From positions 4,896,001-4,960,000 of the forward strand of contig OZ253462.1 in the NCBI GenBank assembly GCA_965261395.1: a stretch of 64,000 bases of DNA. Direction: 5' to 3'. Under the pieces are notes generated by a model that was not told the origin of the DNA, ran no database searches, and saw nothing but the letters and a program-made list of their open reading frames with translations. The position numbers were made by a program, and so were the translations under genes. Origin of the DNA: Candidatus Latescibacterota bacterium. Its GTDB lineage: Bacteria; Latescibacterota; UBA2968; UBA8231. Below are positions 18,253-29,700 of this stretch, in pieces. Position 1 is the stretch's first letter. The number at the start of each line of letters is the position of its first letter.

Positions 18253-21200
18253 CTACCCCTTTGACCGAAACCCCTCAACCAACCGATCAAACGCGGCTTC
18301 CATCCCAGACACATCGGTGAACTCGGCAAAAGCCCAGCGTCCGTAGTCCCCGTGATGATTCACACCAGGCACCCAATAGGTGTCCATGGTCGCCTTCTTG
18401 TCCTTGGCGTCTTCCCCCCTATAGCCCTTGATCTCGACGATCAGATTCAGCAGATCATCGTCGCCACGGCCATCATCAATGCGGACGATAAAGTCCGGAA
18501 GGTACGTCCGCGTTTCCGACCCGCGACGATAGGGTACCTCCAAGCCGAGATTGTGGTTCTTGACGTAGGCTTTGACGTGCGGATGGGATTCAGCGACGCG
18601 ACAAAACTCCCCTTCCCAGCCGCTGTCGAGGACCAGCCAATTGATGTGGCAACGGCGGGAATCGGCCTCCCAACGGCTGGTCTTGGTCGTGTTGAAATTC
18701 ACGTGGGCTGTCGAACCAACGGGATTGTACGGATCGAGCACCGCTTTGACCGGGCGACTGTCGATTCCTTCACGCGTGATGGCGGCAAAGATGCGCTCGC
18801 AGGCCGTGTCGGCCAGTTCTTGGTACATAAGTTGGGCGGGATACATGCCGCCCTTGCAGTCGAGGTAACTATCGAGCCACTGTCTGGCAATGCGCTTGAG
18901 CTGTCCGAAAAGATAGAGCTTAGGCTCTTCGCCCGGATCGCGGAACTTGGTGTAGAGCAGACGCTGGGTTAGGTAAAACAGCAGCGTCGAAGTCCGCAGA
19001 TCGTTGGTGTGAACCAGATTGAGATCGACGCCCTCGCCGATAATCCCCTGATTCCTCGTAATCGACGGACCAACCAGATCGGGCGTCAGTTCCAACACTG
19101 AGTCCCTGTTGAACTCGGCTTCGAGCCGCTCTTCCGGCAATTCCACTCGATACCCAGCCACCCGAGGAAAACAAATCTCCAGCGCATCGCGTTCGGGCCG
19201 CACGGCTCGCACCTGAACGGTCTCTCGCGGCTGCTTCTGCGGGGCTATGACGGGCTTGGCCGTAAAATCAAACGGGATGCCCAAAACATCCGCGTACTCG
19301 ACGTCGAACAAGCCGTCTTCGTTGAGCTCGTAGGATTGCCGCCGCAACGCCCTGCCAATGACCTGCTCACAGAGCAACTGCGTCCCAAAGGCGCGCACGC
19401 CCAGCACATGGCTGACAGTATTCGCATCCCACCCTTCCGTGAGCATCGACACCGACACCACGCAGCGAATCGAATCCCCCAGCCGCCCCGGCTTGCCGAC
19501 AGTATTCATAACCTCGCGCAGCAACTCTTGGTCGCTAATGTTCTCAGCTTGGCGGCGGTCACCGGTGCGCTCGATGATCTCTCGCCGAAAGCGGTCAATC
19601 TCGTCGGCGGCCATATTGCGGAAATTGCTGTCGAGCGCGTCGCCGGACTCTAGCTGTTCGCTATCAATCAACAACGTGCGAGGCCGTGAGTACCGGTCGC
19701 CCTGTTCGTCAAAGTTGCGGAACAGCGCTAGGCGACCGTTTACCAACGTCGTCAAGCCATCGTCGTTCCCGCGGTGGAAACCGGAGATATAGTCGTACAC
19801 CAGCTTGGAAGTCGAGGTATTATTGCAGACCACGATGAAACACGGCGGCACGCCAATGTTCGCCTCCTCCATCAACTCGAAAGTTTTCTGATAATGTCCG
19901 TACAGGGCTTCCAGCGCGGTCTGTAACTCCACGGGCAAGCTGAGGGGATCGAGGGTCTTAGCCTTGCCCCGCCCCTTCTTCGGCATGTCGCTGCGGATGT
20001 GTTCCCAGAGATTGCGGAACTTGGGCATTTCGCCGCCGGGAATGTTGTCGGCCACTGGCACGCGGGGCAGTTTGACGATACCGCATTCAATGGCGTCCAT
20101 GAGCGAAAAGTCGCACATCGTCCAGGGGAACAACGTGCCTTCGGCATAGCCCGACCCGCGCAAAAAAAAGGGCGTCGCCGAAAGATCCATCACCCGGTTG
20201 ATACCGAGCTTGCTGCCGACGGTTTCCAACCCCGAAATCCACAGCCGCGCCGCCGCCGTGTTCTTTTCAGCTTCCCTTCTGTCATCTCCCTTGAGCTCGC
20301 CTTCCTCCTCTTCGCCCGGCTTCTCGCGGTAGCAATGGTGCGCCTCGTCGTTGAGGATCAAGACTTTCTTTACGCCCATGAGTTCGGGCATCACCCGCTG
20401 CAGCATTTGCCCCTCGGTCTCCAGGGTCGTCAGCGTCTCGCCCCGTCCCTGAAGCAACGAACGCCCGCCTTTGGAAAGCTCCATGCGTTCGCGCAGCTTG
20501 AAGGCGTGGTAGTTGGTAATGACGATCTTGGCCTTTTCCAAGTCGGGGAGCATGTCGCTCGGAACCAACTCGCGGCTCTGATAGTAACTGTCCGGGTCGT
20601 TCGGTTGTAGCACTCGCAGGCGGTCCTTGATGGTGATACCGGGCGTGACCACCAAGAAGCCGCGCGTGAATCGGTTGCTTTGGGGCCGGCGCACCGCGTT
20701 GATGGTCTGCCAAGCGATCAACATCGCCATGACCGTGGTCTTGCCAGTGCCGGTCGCTAACTTGAGTGCCAACCTTGGCAGTGGCAGTTCTGGATTGGCG
20801 TCGTTGTTGGCGTTCGTCAGATGATCGAGGAAGCTCTTGCCGGCTCGGCCCGTGCGCGGCGCAACTTCGGTGATCCATATAGCAGTCTCTACCGCTTCGA
20901 TTTGGCAGAAGAAAGGCCGAATGCCACTGAAGCGGTGGTGCCGCCAGTGCTGGAGCAGGCGAGCCGTCTCCGGAGTAACCTGCCATTGGCTCGGGTTCGG
21001 TAGGTCTCGCCAGCGGTCAACCTGCTGACGAACCCCGTTGATGATGGCCGTCAGGTCGTATTGCTGGCCGGCGGCTTCGAGCTTCTGCGCCGCCTCGTCG
21101 AACACCAGCGCGGCTTGTTGCGCGGATCCCTTGCGCTTTTTGGGTTGCGGGATCGGCGAGACGAACTCGGCCGGTCGGCGGTGTTCGACGATCTGCTGGG

Positions 21201-21288
21201 TCGGCTGCCCAGTCTCGTCCAATTCCCAATGCCGGCTCGGGCGCTCGTAAGGCGAGTTGAGGACAGGCTGTTCAAAGAATTCAGTCAA
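18253..21288 (-). CDS. Type III-like restriction endonuclease Res subunit (SF2 helicase plus PD-(D/E)xK)
   Basis: FFCQIEAVE, KLATGTGKT, NDEAHH, LSATP, MLTEGWD, EQVIGRALR, YLPDFIV...EIKG; TTG start. Confidence 0.92.
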   Translation of the reverse strand: MTEFFEQPVLNSPYERPSRHWELDETGQPTQQIVEHRRPAEFVSPIPQPKKRKGSAQQAALVFDEAAQKLEAAGQQYDLTAIINGVRQQVDRWRDLPNPSQWQVTPETARLLQHWRHHRFSGIRPFFCQIEAVETAIWITEVAPRTGRAGKSFLDHLTNANNDANPELPLPRLALKLATGTGKTTVMAMLIAWQTINAVRRPQSNRFTRGFLVVTPGITIKDRLRVLQPNDPDSYYQSRELVPSDMLPDLEKAKIVITNYHAFKLRERMELSKGGRSLLQGRGETLTTLETEGQMLQRVMPELMGVKKVLILNDEAHHCYREKPGEEEEGELKGDDRREAEKNTAAARLWISGLETVGSKLGINRVMDLSATPFFLRGSGYAEGTLFPWTMCDFSLMDAIECGIVKLPRVPVADNIPGGEMPKFRNLWEHIRSDMPKKGRGKAKTLDPLSLPVELQTALEALYGHYQKTFELMEEANIGVPPCFIVVCNNTSTSKLVYDYISGFHRGNDDGLTTLVNGRLALFRNFDEQGDRYSRPRTLLIDSEQLESGDALDSNFRNMAADEIDRFRREIIERTGDRRQAENISDQELLREVMNTVGKPGRLGDSIRCVVSVSMLTEGWDANTVSHVLGVRAFGTQLLCEQVIGRALRRQSYELNEDGLFDVEYADVLGIPFDFTAKPVIAPQKQPRETVQVRAVRPERDALEICFPRVAGYRVELPEERLEAEFNRDSVLELTPDLVGPSITRNQGIIGEGVDLNLVHTNDLRTSTLLFYLTQRLLYTKFRDPGEEPKLYLFGQLKRIARQWLDSYLDCKGGMYPAQLMYQELADTACERIFAAITREGIDSRPVKAVLDPYNPVGSTAHVNFNTTKTSRWEADSRRCHINWLVLDSGWEGEFCRVAESHPHVKAYVKNHNLGLEVPYRRGSETRTYLPDFIVRIDDGRGDDDLLNLIVEIKGYRGEDAKDKKATMDTYWVPGVNHHGDYGRWAFAEFTDVSGMEAAFDRLVEGFRSKG

Positions 21289-21344
21289 AACAATATCGAA
21301 GAATTAGGTAGTGAAAATACTCCAGCTCCATAGCCCCTTCCCAC

Positions 21345-22379
21345 TCACCCCTGCGGCATGAACATCAGCTTAATCCCCTCCTGCCCCTCGGCCATGTCAA
21401 AGGCCCGCTGCCATTCGCTCAGGGCAAAGTGGTGGGTGATCAGCTTCTCGCTGGGAATAAAGCCCCCCTCCATCAGCCGCAGCGCCCGCTTCCAAGCCGG
21501 TCGTCGCTGACCAATGCCGCCGGAGACCTGCAGCTCGTTGTAGGCAATCTTCTCGAAGTCGATCTCCACCGGCGCGCCCGGCAAACCCATCTGGGAGTAG
21601 CGCCCCCGCTTGCGCACAAGTTCCAAGGCCAAGCGCATCGCCGGTGCCACCCCCGCGCACTCGACCACCACATCCGCACCATAGCCGCCGGTCAACTCGC
21701 GCACCCGCGCTACTGGGTCATAGGCCGTAATATCAATGGTGTGTTGTACGCCCAATTCCTCGGCCAGTCGCAGCCGCTCGGTATCCCGCTCAGTACCGCA
21801 GAGGATCACCGTCCCCCCTTCAGCCAACGCCACCAGCGCCGAGAATAAACCCACCGGCCCAGGCCCGGTAATGGCGACGAAGTCCCCGGCGGTCACGCCA
21901 GCCTGCTCAATGACCGAATGCACACAGCAGGCCAACAGCTCGGTCAGGGCACCAGCTTCAAACCCCACGCCAGTGGGCAGCTTGTGGACGAAAGTCGCAT
22001 TGCAGTAGGGCGCGAAGCAGCCGTGGTGCCAGTAGCCCATGACCTTGCGCTCGGAGCAGAGGTTGTAGTGCTCGCTCAAGCAGTAGTCGCAGGTGCCGCA
22101 GATGTACACGCTCGGCTCGCCGGTCACGCGGTCGCCCACCTCGACGTGATCCCCAACTTCTTTACCCTTTTCCACTACCACGCCGCTGAACTCGTGCCCC
22201 ATGACGACCGGAGTCTGGATGTTGTAGTTGATGGTATCGCGGTACACGTGTAGGTCCGACCCGCAAACCCCGGTGGCTTGCACCTCGACCTTTACCTGAT
22301 TGGGACCGGGCGGCGCATCCGCTAAATCGCGCAACTCGACAAATCCGTCGCCCCGCTGGTATTTGACCACGCCCTGCAT
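21345..22379 (-). CDS. Zinc-binding alcohol/polyol dehydrogenase (MDR family)
   Basis: CGSD, GHEFSG, structural Zn CGTCDYC.......C, GPGPVG. Confidence 0.9.
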   Translation of the reverse strand: MQGVVKYQRGDGFVELRDLADAPPGPNQVKVEVQATGVCGSDLHVYRDTINYNIQTPVVMGHEFSGVVVEKGKEVGDHVEVGDRVTGEPSVYICGTCDYCLSEHYNLCSERKVMGYWHHGCFAPYCNATFVHKLPTGVGFEAGALTELLACCVHSVIEQAGVTAGDFVAITGPGPVGLFSALVALAEGGTVILCGTERDTERLRLAEELGVQHTIDITAYDPVARVRELTGGYGADVVVECAGVAPAMRLALELVRKRGRYSQMGLPGAPVEIDFEKIAYNELQVSGGIGQRRPAWKRALRLMEGGFIPSEKLITHHFALSEWQRAFDMAEGQEGIKLMFMPQG

Positions 22380-22381
22380 CG

Positions 22382-23392
22382 CTATTCTCCTTCGGCTAAT
22401 TCGAGCCGGTCGCCCGGCTTGATCTCCCCGGTTGTGCGCAGCACTCGCAAGCTGGCGAGCCGGGTGCTGATGATTTCGGCGACCTCGACGAGGGCGACCG
22501 ACTCTTCCGGTGCTAATCCCTCGGCCTTTATCCGGTCGTTGCTCGGATAGACAAAAAAGCGCAACCGGGGCCGCACGCCGTGCTCGCTGCCGATATTGGC
22601 GTAAATGTCCTCGCTATACACGGCAATGACCTCGGGCCCATCGCCCTCGAACACCAAGCCCTCCGGCTCGAAAAGAGCAGCCACCTTGTGCACCAACTCG
22701 CCTACGGCCTCTACCGTCGCTTGGCCCAACAGGGTCTGGCTGAACGCCTCCGAGCCAAACTCTAGGTCCTTCAATCCGGCAAATTGCAAGTCCTGCTCGC
22801 GCGGCTTGCCCAACAGGTCTAGCCCTAGGTCGCGGTCGTTGAGCTCGCGCAGGGTCTCTGCCTGACCGATCGTGCCGCCGTCGGCAACCCGCGCGATCTC
22901 GACCCGCATCTGCGCCACGGCCGAATAGGATTTGTAGCCACCCAGCAAGGGATCCCCTACTGACAGGCGACGCATGTCGTAGTCCTGCAAAAGGCCCACG
23001 ACTACGAAATCAGCCTCCAACTCGCGGCCGATCGCTAGGGCTTGCGCATAGTTGGGGATCCCCAACTCCAGCGCCAACTCGGCGACCGCATCAAAAGGGA
23101 CGACCTGCCAATTGCGAACGGCCGCTAGCTCCGCGCTGACCATATTGGCCAGCTCGTATTCGACGTTCCACACGCCCTCGCGAAACCCCGACTCATCGAC
23201 AAACGGCACCACGGCCACAAAATCGGGCCGGGGGCCGGAGCCATAGTGCTGGCGCGCCTTCAAGTACTGCTCTAGCGCGCTCGGCGGTGGAGCAGGTGGC
23301 TCGGGTTGCTGCCATTCCCCCGGGCCTCCCGCAGGAGAGGTCAGGGGGGCGCAACTACACCATAAAAGAAATGCAACGGTCCATTTTTTCAT
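22382..23392 (-). CDS. Putative lipoprotein, CsgG/TolB-N-like domain plus FlgT-like C-terminal barrel
   Basis: Signal peptide with Cys; VAVVPF, A..IGRELEADFVVVG, IYANIG..HGV, IKPGD. Confidence 0.6.
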   Translation of the reverse strand: MKKWTVAFLLWCSCAPLTSPAGGPGEWQQPEPPAPPPSALEQYLKARQHYGSGPRPDFVAVVPFVDESGFREGVWNVEYELANMVSAELAAVRNWQVVPFDAVAELALELGIPNYAQALAIGRELEADFVVVGLLQDYDMRRLSVGDPLLGGYKSYSAVAQMRVEIARVADGGTIGQAETLRELNDRDLGLDLLGKPREQDLQFAGLKDLEFGSEAFSQTLLGQATVEAVGELVHKVAALFEPEGLVFEGDGPEVIAVYSEDIYANIGSEHGVRPRLRFFVYPSNDRIKAEGLAPEESVALVEVAEIISTRLASLRVLRTTGEIKPGDRLELAEGE

Positions 23393-23484
23393 CGCGAATT
23401 CCTAAAAGAAAAGGCACAGCCTTGTCGAGTGGCATAAAAAGCGACCTGCCCGATTCTATGTCAACGCGCGGCAGCGCGAGCGTC

Positions 23485-23513
23485 TTGACAGTGTTTTTCC
23501 CTGGCGATACGTT
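23485..23513 (+). promoter_or_regulatory. Sigma70-type promoter of addBA
   Basis: TTGACA-N17-TACGTT. Confidence 0.6.
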
Positions 23514-23552
23514 GGCAGCGCACCCCTCCACGCCACTTCCAACCTGCTGCTA

Positions 23553-26500
23553 ATGGGCGAACTGACTCTCATCTACGGCCCAGCTCATCCCGACAAGGCA
23601 TCGCCTGCGTACGAGCGCTGCTTAGCGCACCTCAACGCGGGCGACAGCGAGTCCTTCCTCTGGCTCTTGCCATCGCACTTCCAAGCCCAGCTCATGCGGC
23701 GGCAGCTCATCCGCGCCAGTCGCACCCGCCTACTCACCGGGCACTTGGCCCTCGATCTAAACAGTTTCATCGACATCCTCTACAGCCTCTGTCCCGGCCA
23801 GCGACCGGCCCTGCCCCTTAGCGCACATCGGCTCCTAGTCGAAGACGCCCTTGCAGACAGCGCGAACAGCGCGCCCTATTACAGCCGCCGACCCGAGCGA
23901 CTGAGCCGGGGGCTGACTCAGTTGTTCCACCGGCTGGAGGAAACAGGCACCCAGCCGAGCGACTTGGAGGGAACAACCCAGCGCAGCGCGGAATTGCAGG
24001 CTCTTTATGCGGCCTATCTAGAGCGCCTCGCGGCCGGCTGGAGCGGGAGCCGCGAACGCTTTGCCACCGTGGATACCCACCTCGATAGCTCGATTCTCGC
24101 CCAGCGCTTCCCCGGCCTCGGCTTGCTCGTGTTTTGTGGCTTTGTGGACGCTCCCGCACCTTTTTTGCCCGTGCTGGAGAAGCTGCTAGCCCTCGTTCCA
24201 GAATCCATCGCGCTGCTCGACTACGACCCCGAGGGTCCCGGTTTTTTTGCTCGCACGCGTCCCCTGTGCGAATTCCTCCGCGCCCGCGCCGCCCATGTCG
24301 AATACAGCGCCGCCGAGCAACACCCGGCCGCCGCGTTTGCCGGCCGCCTCTTCACCTACAGCCGCGACCACCTCGACGCGCCCGTAGAGCGAGTCGCCTG
24401 CCCGGATCGGGTCGGCGAAGTCGCGGCGATGGCCCGCCGCATCCGCCAGTTGCACCAAACGCAGGGCGTCGAGCTAGCGCAGATCCGCATTAGCTTCCGC
24501 AACCTCGATACCTATGCCGCACTCGTGGCAGAAGTGCTGCCGCGCCACGGCCTGCCTTTTTACCTCACGCGTGGGTGCCCCCTTTCCACGGCACCCGCAA
24601 TGAGCACCGTCTTCGCGCTCCTAGACGCGGTGTTAGAGCGCTACAGCCGTGCCGCGCTCTTCCGCCTGCTCAGCTTGCCCTTGGTGCGGCTGCGTTACCC
24701 ATTCGCGGGCCAGACCTGCACGCTCTCCGCCGCGGACTTTGCTGCGTGGACCTGCAACGTTTCGCCGCTGACCGGGCGTGCCGCATGGCTCGCAGCCATC
24801 GACGACAATTTCGCCTATTTAGAGCGCGAGCTAGGCATAGAAGGCGAGCCGGTCTCCGAAGAAATCGACGATCCCCCCACTTGGCGCGAGTCCTTGCGCG
24901 ACGAATTGGCGGCCCTCCAGCCCCTGCGATCCGGCCTAACCACGCTCTTTGACCTGCTCCAGCCCTTGGAGAGCCGCCAGGACCTGCCTTCCTTCCGCCA
25001 CCATCTGCTCCACGCCCTCGACGCGTTAGGTGTAGAGGATGCCCTCGCGGATGGAACAGCAGAAGACGGCCGGGCACTGGCGCGCTTTTTGGAGCTGCTC
25101 GACGAACTGTGCGCACCGGCCGCCGCCCTGCAGCCCCGCACCCTGAACCAGTTCGCCGACCTGCTGCGCGACGCCATTTCCCAAGCGCATGTACCCGCCG
25201 CAACGCGCGCTGGCATTCAGGTGACCGACCTCGCTGCAGCGGGCAGCGCACCCTGCGATTACCTCTTCCTCGGCGGGCTGGTGCAAGGCGAATTTCCTCG
25301 CTTGCCGCCGGCCGATATCTTCCTCGAAGAAACCCAGCGCCGCGCCCTAAACTTGGACGAGGACGCCACCACCGCGGCCGAGCGCTTGCTGTTCTACCGC
25401 GCCATATGCTCGCCGCGCCGCGGTCTCGGCGTCTTCTATCCCCGGCAATCGGGCAGCGAGATGCTCGCCCCTTCGCCTTTTGTCGACGAGTTAGACGGCC
25501 TGCTCGCCCCGCAGCCTGCGGTGGGCGAGAACGGTGATGCGCCGGGTACCCTTGCCGAGTTGCACCTCGAATTGGGCCGCGGCCTGTGCGCACCGCGCGC
25601 AACGTCCCTCCCGCCGCCTTTAGGCGGTGCATCCGACCCAGCGCGCGACGCCCTTGCACTCTACAGTCAGGCCGCACGGCTCGACGGCCACGCCACCGCG
25701 CTGCGCCATCTCGTGCGCGGCTTGCACATCACCGAGTTACGCACGAATTCCGAGGGTTTCGGCAGCTACGAAGGCGTACTCGACGAGACAGCGCTGCTCG
25801 CCGTGCTGCGCACCCGTCTCGGCGCGGGTCATTCTTTTTCGGCGACCCAATTAGAGCTTTACGGCCGCTGTCCCTTCCGGTTTTTTGCCGAGCACCTGCT
25901 CAACCTCCAGCCCCTCCGCGACCCGGAAACCGACGACTCGGCGCTCAAGCGCGGCAACCTCGTCCACCGCATCCTCTACCACTTCTATGCGGACCGTGGC
26001 GAAGCGGCCGAACGCGCGGAAAACTTGACCACAAACATCGCGGAGCTACGGAGTCTAGGCCACCAAGTCGCCGGGGAAATGAGGCTTACGGGCTTTTTCT
26101 GGAATCGGGAATTAGAGCGCCTGCTCGGATCGGACGATGGGGATGGGGAGCGCGAGGGGGTTTTGCCCCGCTTCCTGCGGCTGCAAGCGGCCACAGCCGA
26201 CCCGGCCGTGCCGACCCATTTCGAGTTGAGCTTTGGCAGCTACCCCGGCATAGGGCCGAGCGACTCGCAATCGACCACCACGCCCTATGCCATCGGCGAC
26301 CCAGAGAGCGGGGACGAGGTGCGGCTGTCCGGCAAGATTGACCGCATCGACCGCACGGCCGACGGCCGCTTCGTCGTCTTCGACTACAAGACTGGCCGCA
26401 TGCCCTCCGTAGCCGATATTGACACCGGCCTCAACCTCCAGCTGCCGCTCTACTTGCTAGCGGTCGAATCCCTGTTCGAGCAGGTCGGGCTGCGAGAAGG

Positions 26501-26798
26501 TGCTGGCGCGGCGTACCTGATGCTCCGCGACCTAGAAGACTGCGGCCGCAGCGGACTGTTCGCCGATGCCACGCATCGCAACACGGCCTATGTCACCAGC
26601 GGCCGCTACGGCATCTACGACCGCGAAGCGTATCGCCAACGCCTCGACGCCGTGCGCGGCTTCGTCCTCTCCTATGCGCGGGCCATGCGCCGTGGGGTAT
26701 TCCACACCACCGCTCACGACCCAGCCAAAATCTGCCCGCATTGCCCGTATCAACAAAGCTGCCGCCTCAATCCTCAGCGCATGCGGGCCTTGTCGTGA
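23553..26798 (+). CDS. addB: AddB-like helicase/nuclease subunit with Fe-S staple
   Basis: Degenerate Walker A; FSATQLELYGRCPF, RGNLVH, GKIDRID, DYKTG, LQL.LY, C-terminal CPHCPYQQSC. Confidence 0.82.
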   Translation: MGELTLIYGPAHPDKASPAYERCLAHLNAGDSESFLWLLPSHFQAQLMRRQLIRASRTRLLTGHLALDLNSFIDILYSLCPGQRPALPLSAHRLLVEDALADSANSAPYYSRRPERLSRGLTQLFHRLEETGTQPSDLEGTTQRSAELQALYAAYLERLAAGWSGSRERFATVDTHLDSSILAQRFPGLGLLVFCGFVDAPAPFLPVLEKLLALVPESIALLDYDPEGPGFFARTRPLCEFLRARAAHVEYSAAEQHPAAAFAGRLFTYSRDHLDAPVERVACPDRVGEVAAMARRIRQLHQTQGVELAQIRISFRNLDTYAALVAEVLPRHGLPFYLTRGCPLSTAPAMSTVFALLDAVLERYSRAALFRLLSLPLVRLRYPFAGQTCTLSAADFAAWTCNVSPLTGRAAWLAAIDDNFAYLERELGIEGEPVSEEIDDPPTWRESLRDELAALQPLRSGLTTLFDLLQPLESRQDLPSFRHHLLHALDALGVEDALADGTAEDGRALARFLELLDELCAPAAALQPRTLNQFADLLRDAISQAHVPAATRAGIQVTDLAAAGSAPCDYLFLGGLVQGEFPRLPPADIFLEETQRRALNLDEDATTAAERLLFYRAICSPRRGLGVFYPRQSGSEMLAPSPFVDELDGLLAPQPAVGENGDAPGTLAELHLELGRGLCAPRATSLPPPLGGASDPARDALALYSQAARLDGHATALRHLVRGLHITELRTNSEGFGSYEGVLDETALLAVLRTRLGAGHSFSATQLELYGRCPFRFFAEHLLNLQPLRDPETDDSALKRGNLVHRILYHFYADRGEAAERAENLTTNIAELRSLGHQVAGEMRLTGFFWNRELERLLGSDDGDGEREGVLPRFLRLQAATADPAVPTHFELSFGSYPGIGPSDSQSTTTPYAIGDPESGDEVRLSGKIDRIDRTADGRFVVFDYKTGRMPSVADIDTGLNLQLPLYLLAVESLFEQVGLREGAGAAYLMLRDLEDCGRSGLFADATHRNTAYVTSGRYGIYDREAYRQRLDAVRGFVLSYARAMRRGVFHTTAHDPAKICPHCPYQQSCRLNPQRMRALS

Positions 26799-29700
26799 AG
26801 CGCGCCGTCCCCCTAACTCCAGTCCAGCGCATGGCCCTCGACAGCCAGCGCAATATCGCGGTCACCGCTAGCGCCGGTGCCGGCAAGACCGCAACGCTAG
26901 TCGAGCGCTACATCGAGCTGTTGCGCCTGCATCCCGAGATCGGCGTGCGCCAAGTGCTGGCCATCACGTTTACCCAAAAGGCCGCGGCCGAGATGCGCGA
27001 GCGCATCGCTCGGCGGCTGTCCGACGCCCTCGACCAAGACCTGCCCGAACCAGAGCGGCAGCGCCTGCGGCAAATCCGCGCAGACCTGCCCGCGGCGCGC
27101 ATTTCCACCATCCACTCCTTCTGCGCGGCCCTGTTGCGCGAGTATCCCATTGAAGCGGATGTGGACCCGGCCTTCGCGGTCTTAGAGGGAGTAGATGCCG
27201 CGCAACTCCGGTCCCAAGCCGTGCGCCAAACCCTAGAGTCCCTAGCCCGAGCGCGCGACTCCGACCCGGACCAAGAAGCCCTGCGGCGCACCTTGGCCGA
27301 ATGGCCGCGCCGCTATCTCGAACAGGTCTTGGAATACCTGCTCGAAAAAAAGCATCTCGCCCGCTTGTGGTGCCGCCGCTACGCCGAGCAGTCGCCCGAC
27401 CAAATCCTCAGCGACTGGCGCGGGATGCAGCAAACGGCCTGTGCCCCTGCGTGCCATGCCCTACTCGCGGACACCCACTTCACCGCGATGCTCGCGGAGC
27501 TTGCCGCGCTCGCACCCCTAACCGACATCAGCGACTCAGCCGTCGAGCGGCTAGCTCCGCTCCGCGATCCCATGCGCCGGCTGAGCCAAACGCCCCCGCT
27601 CGACGAGGCCATAGAAATCCTCCCACGCCTAGCTGAGGGGCTTTTGACCAACGGCAGACCCCTCAGCGGCAGCCGACTGGGCAAGAAATCCAATTGGGAA
27701 GAAGCCGCGCTCGCCCGCGTCCGCGAACTCGTGCCCGCCTTGGGGCGCTGCTTGGCCCCACATACCGACCTCCTCGGCCTCAAACTCAGTGCGGCCGACG
27801 AGCGCGCCGCCGAAGTGCTACCCGCCCTGTCGCGCGTCTTTCTCCGCGCCGATGCGCGCTGTGAGAGCAGCAAAGGTAACGGCGGTATGCTGGACATGGA
27901 CGATCTCCTAGAGAAAAGCTACCAGCTCATCGCCGACGACGCGGATATCCGCCACCGACTGGCCCAACACTATCGCTTCGCGCTGATCGACGAATTCCAA
28001 GACACCGACCCCTTGCAGTGGGAAATCATCCGCTCGCTGGCGTCGCCGGACGGGCAAATGACCGGCGATAAGCTCTTCATCGTCGGCGACCCCAAGCAGT
28101 CGATTTACTCGTTCCGCGCGGCCGATGTCACCGTCTTCGCCCGCGTCCGCGACGCCATCGCGGAGGCCAATGCCGCGCACCAACGCGATTCCCGGCCCTT
28201 TTGCGACAACGGCGAGGTCCTCGACGCCTCTCCCACCGAGCGGCTCGGCACCCTCGTCATGGGCGAAAATTTCCGCACCCTCGCCCAGCCCATTGCCTTT
28301 GTCAACGCGCTCTTTCCCAAGTTTATGCAGGCGGTCCCAGACGAGCCTTTTCAAGTCGGCTACGACCCGCTCGTCGGGTGCCGTCCCACCAGCGCGAGCG
28401 CGGGTTCGGTCGAGCTTTTGCTCTTGCCGCCCGACGATAGCCGCGACTCGACGGAGGCCGCGCTAGGCGAAGCCGAGTTGGTGGCCCGCCGCCTGAGCCA
28501 CCTGCTAACGGGCAGCGACTTGCAGGTCGCCGACCAAGAGGGCTTGCGCCCGCCCGTTCCCGGCGACATCGCCTTGCTCCTGCGCCGTCGCCGCAATCTC
28601 TTCGCGTATGAAGACGCGCTGCGGGCCTGCGGCATTCCCTTCCAAGTCGCCGGCGGCCGGGGGTTTTACCAGCGCCAAGAAATCTACGACCTCGCCAATA
28701 TCCTCCGCGTCCTGTGCAACTCCGGCGACAGCATCGCCCTGATGGGCGCGTTGCGCTCGCCGTATTGCGGCCTCTCAGACAACGCCCTATACGCGCTGAC
28801 CGCGCCCCACGGTGGGCGGCTCGCAGAGCACCTCGCGGACGCCAGCCAGCGTCAGCACCTCGCCCCTGCGGACCAAGAAGCCGCCGCAGACGCCGTCGCC
28901 CGGCTCCAGCACTGGGAAGGGCTGTGCGACCGCGTGCCCCTTGTCGAGCTTTTGCACACCATCCTCGAAGACACTGGGGCCTGGGGCTTTCTCTGCTATG
29001 GCGAGCGCGGAGAGCAGGCTGTGGCCAACGTGCGCAAGCTCCTCGACCTCGCCCGCGAATTCCGCGGCCCCCTCGCCGATTTTGTGGTTCGCCTCGACTT
29101 GTTGACTACTGAAGAAGAACAAGAAGGCGAAGCGCTGCTCGACGCGGACGCCTTGCACATCCTGACCGTACATGCGGCCAAGGGCTTGGAGTTTCCCATC
29201 GTCGTAGTGCCCGACTTGGCCGCGAGATTTAATTTGCAAACTAGCGCGCCCGCGCTCATTGACGCGGAAAAGGGCCTCGGCTTGCGCACTCTCGACCCCG
29301 AGCAGGGCTATAAAAAAACCTCCTCCTTCATCCGCAGCCTCATCAACCGCAACGCAAGCCGCCACCAGCGCGCCGAAGAGAAGCGCCTGTTGTACGTGGC
29401 CTGCACCCGCGCCCGCGATCACCTGCTGCTCGGTGGCGCGCTTACCGACAAGCACTTCGCCGCCGACCTCGACGCGGCGGCGGACTGTCTCGGCTGGATT
29501 TGTGGAAGCTTAGCACTGACAGAGACCGACCTCGCCCGAGGCACCAAGGCAGTTGCCGGCGTGCCATCCCCCTTGCCCATCCACACCGACCCCAGTGCGT
29601 TCCCGGCCCCCGCAACCACCGCCTACACTGCCGAGCCAGCCTTTCGCGCCCTCGACACCGCACCTGCGCAAGCATCAGTCCCGGCGTTGGATCTACTGTC

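Larger units (their letters stand above)
7117..21288 (-). other. Defence island (Type III-like RM, SIR2-HerA, TA modules, ABC ATPase-nuclease)
   Basis: All genes are co-oriented on the minus strand and defence-type; word usage differs from flanking core genes. No integrase or att repeats seen. Confidence 0.8.

Noticed and set aside
7054-21344. Integrative element or att direct repeats bounding the defence island
   Set aside because: No integrase, transposase or tRNA, and no matching terminal repeats found by eye.
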